A stretch of 64,000 nt of DNA from NCBI RefSeq assembly GCF_963853765.1, contig NC_088858.1:31062001-31126000 (forward strand). Direction: 5' to 3'. Position numbers and translations under genes: made by a program. This document shows positions 61,246 to 64,000 of the stretch, in pieces. A model generated the notes under the pieces. It saw only the letters and a program-made list of their open reading frames with translations. It searched no databases and had not been told where the DNA came from. Every line of letters begins with the position of its first letter. Position 1 is the stretch's first letter. Source of the stretch: Magallana gigas. Taxonomy: Eukaryota.

Positions 61246-63342
61246 ATGATAATGGATGCTCAAGAGTCACCAGGGGTGGCTCACCCTAACATCATAGAAA
61301 TGCACATGTTGGATCTATACAAATTTTTCCCTACAATGACTTGTTCATCTTGTGCCATGAGAGTGATATACTACCCTTTCATCAAAGTCACAATTCTCCA
61401 ACAGCAGCAAAGAGGTACACATTTTTTTTATACTGTAGTTTGTACATGATATTCATTTATTTATAATACAGGCTATCTATCATATTTTTATAGATTTCAT
61501 TTTATTTTTAAAATGCATTATTTACCAACGTGTATTTATAATTTGTTATTTTCATGTTGCAGAGAAAGCAAAGCTTTATAAGAACATAAGTGATGCCTTT
61601 GGCAAGATATATCAACGACAGGGGATTAACGGACTCTTTAGAGGTGTGACTTTTCGAGCATTTGGACAAACTCTTTCTTCACTGACATATGTTAGCACCT
61701 ATGAGGTTGTTAGAGAAGTTACCTCGCACCCATTTATTGCTGGCTTTGCTGCGTCTTGCACGGCTTCGTGCATTAACTGCCCGTTTGATGTTGTGAACCA
61801 GTACGTGATTCTGTTGTCAAAACAAGCCACTAGTCAACATGAGGTACAGATTCTAAAAAGTCTTCAACCTTTGAGATTTCCCAAGGAAGTCAGGCATGGA
61901 GGACGATGGATTCTGGAAACTTCAGTTATAAGAGACGTTGGGAATCGGCATGGGTTTAAAGGGTTCTGGAGGGCCCTGCCCTTGCTGATGATCAATAATG
62001 GACTCCACAGTGCTCTCTGGTGGTCATCATTCGAGTTTGTCTCGGGTATATTACATTGTGTTCATTAGATATTTCATTTCAGAACTATGTACCGAAGTCT
62101 TGTACTTCAGGCATTCTAGATCATCAAATGATCTTGAATCAATATAATTGAATAATGAATGCAAATCAATATTGTTTTTACCTTCAAAACTGATCTAAAT
62201 ATCACCAGGGACATTTGTTTAGAAAGGAATGAATACACCAAATTTTTGCATATTCTGGTTATTTCAGTAGACAGTATATTTTACATAACTATGTACAGAA
62301 GTCTCGTACTTCAGGCATTCTAGATCATTGATGATATTGATTCAATATAATTGAATAATGAATGCAAATCAATATTGTTTTTACTTTTAAAACTGATCGA
62401 TCTACTTTATTCCTCATTGATTGAATGAATACTGATATATATGATTTGGAATTCTTGTGAAAACGTTTATTAAATAAACGAAGAAACAAAAATTTATGAA
62501 ATGTCAGCTAATGAGTAGAGCTGCTGTTTTGTAGGTGTTTTTGCCAGAATGTATCCAGAGACGTCACGAGTTATGAGAAATACCGCCAGTGGCGTTATAT
62601 CAGGGTTCGGTGTAGCCATTCTCACAAATGGTCTTTCAATCACCACCACAAGAGCACAGGTATGGTATTGTTTTGAGTTTTGATAGAAATTTTGTGTTAT
62701 GAATATATATAATCAGTCATGTTGATGATCGATGTGCAATTTTTGTATGCTGAAACAAAGTACATTGTCTTTGCATAACAAGTTGAATTCATTACAGTTG
62801 TTTGCATACATTGATCAGGAGGTCTATGAAATGGATTTCAAATGACAATACATATCAATATATTTTTTACTTTGTATTAGCATAACTATAAACAATTGAA
62901 TTTCGATATCTCAAAGACTGATATCTTGAATACAATGGATATATGTCAAAGTGATTTGTAAGTCCCAACCACTTGTTTTTTAAAGTATTTTATCCTCGAT
63001 ATCTCAAATACTTGGATATCTCAAAATTATTAAACAGTCCCATCAAGTTCGAGATAGCAAAGTTTGACTGTACATGTATATCTCTATACAGGGCAATGCA
63101 TTTAGATGATGCTTGAAACTTAATGCTTTTATTGATTGAAACTACTTCAGGTGAACCAAGCCAGTATTCAGGTAGCTGCTTTGAATCTATACAGAGAGGA
63201 AGGACTGATGACATTTTTTACCAAAGGACTGCGTCCCCGACTTATTCAGAACATTTTCTTCTCATTCCTCGCCACACTTGTGTATGACTCTGTGAAGCAG
63301 TTTTCACTAAAGGACGAATATAAATCAAAAGTGACATGGTGA
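61246..63342 (+). CDS. SLC25A44: Mitochondrial carrier, SLC25A44-like, divergent (322 aa)
   Basis: Exons 61246-61414, 61563-62045, 62535-62659, 63151-63342 = 969 nt. Motifs IIEMHMLD..KFF, YYPF, GINGLFRG, PFDVVNQ, GFKGFWR, SALWW, and C-terminal SLKDEYKSKVTW resemble SLC25A44. Confidence 0.8.
62083..62398. repeat. Intronic ~113-bp direct duplication
   Basis: 62083-62195 and 62287-62398 are about 90% identical by eye. Confidence 0.85.
62891..63072. mobile_element. Degenerate pogo/Tigger-like MITE
   Basis: Right end TTCGAGATAGCAAAGTTTGACTG|TA; decayed left end AACAATTGAATTTCGATATCTCAAA; internal GATATCTC repeats. Confidence 0.55.
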
Positions 63343-64000
63343 CGAAAATCCTGCTGTAGTAGAAGGCACTTTCCTTTGAGTTATTGGAAGGAATTGATTG
63401 TAAAGACTCTTATTTAGTAAAAAAAAATATTTTACTACATAGATTTTAATGATTTAAGAATATCTTATTTTGCACCATGTGGATGACTAAAATTTTGAAA
63501 TTCTGTGTTGAAAATAGCAAAATTACAGAAAATGTCATGCCATTACGAGAGTTAAACATTTTATTGAAGATTTGTATCCTTACAAGGTTTTTTCTTGTAA
63601 ATCTATGATTAACTATTGATTTTTTAAAGACATTTTTAAAAATTGTATTTGGTGTTTTTAACGTTCACAAAAGTCTGTGATTTTACAATGATTACTTTTA
63701 TATTTTAATTAAAATCAAATTGGTTTTTTCATTTCTCTTTTTTTTTTACTTAATATTTTTTCAACTCATCAAGAAATCAGAATATTACAGAGCAGGATGT
63801 GTATATTACTACAAATATAATCATACTAAGACAAGATTACCATCTGTTTATCAATGATATCCTCTGTGTGGTGTTCGTTCTAGTCCTGAAAGTGTTCTTG
63901 CTCACTGTATTTGGGTGATCATATTTTTGTAGTGTGTTAATAATGGATTCAGGTCTCTGGAATTAGAAAGGATTTTTGTGAATTCAGAAATATCTATTTT

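Overview
AT-rich, intron-containing animal genomic DNA, not prokaryotic. It is most likely an oyster (Crassostrea/Magallana gigas-like); this is an inference from the ~167-bp Cg170-like satellite carried in Helentron-type elements. By hand-splicing at GT-AG junctions I reconstruct nine protein-coding genes. Four tandem, same-orientation calmodulin/calmodulin-like paralogs lie on the minus strand (227-19315); each has diverged in a different way and none matches canonical CaM. These are followed by ataxin-3 (+, no polyQ, one exon cut by a 138-N gap) and UBAP1 (+, UMA and SOUBA domains, with a linker rich in YxN motifs). A 767-aa uncharacterised 3xCCCH/RWD-like/Zn-ribbon/CHY zinc-finger protein (-) lies head-to-head with an intronless, EF-Tu2-like mitochondrial elongation factor (+). 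The last gene is a divergent SLC25A44-like mitochondrial carrier (+). Non-coding DNA holds two Helentron-associated (HINE/DINE-1-like) elements with satellite cores, one with a 6-monomer higher-order repeat, plus several MITEs and foldback elements, microsatellites and small duplications. No rRNA, tRNA or CRISPR array was found. All comparisons with reference proteins are from memory and need database confirmation.
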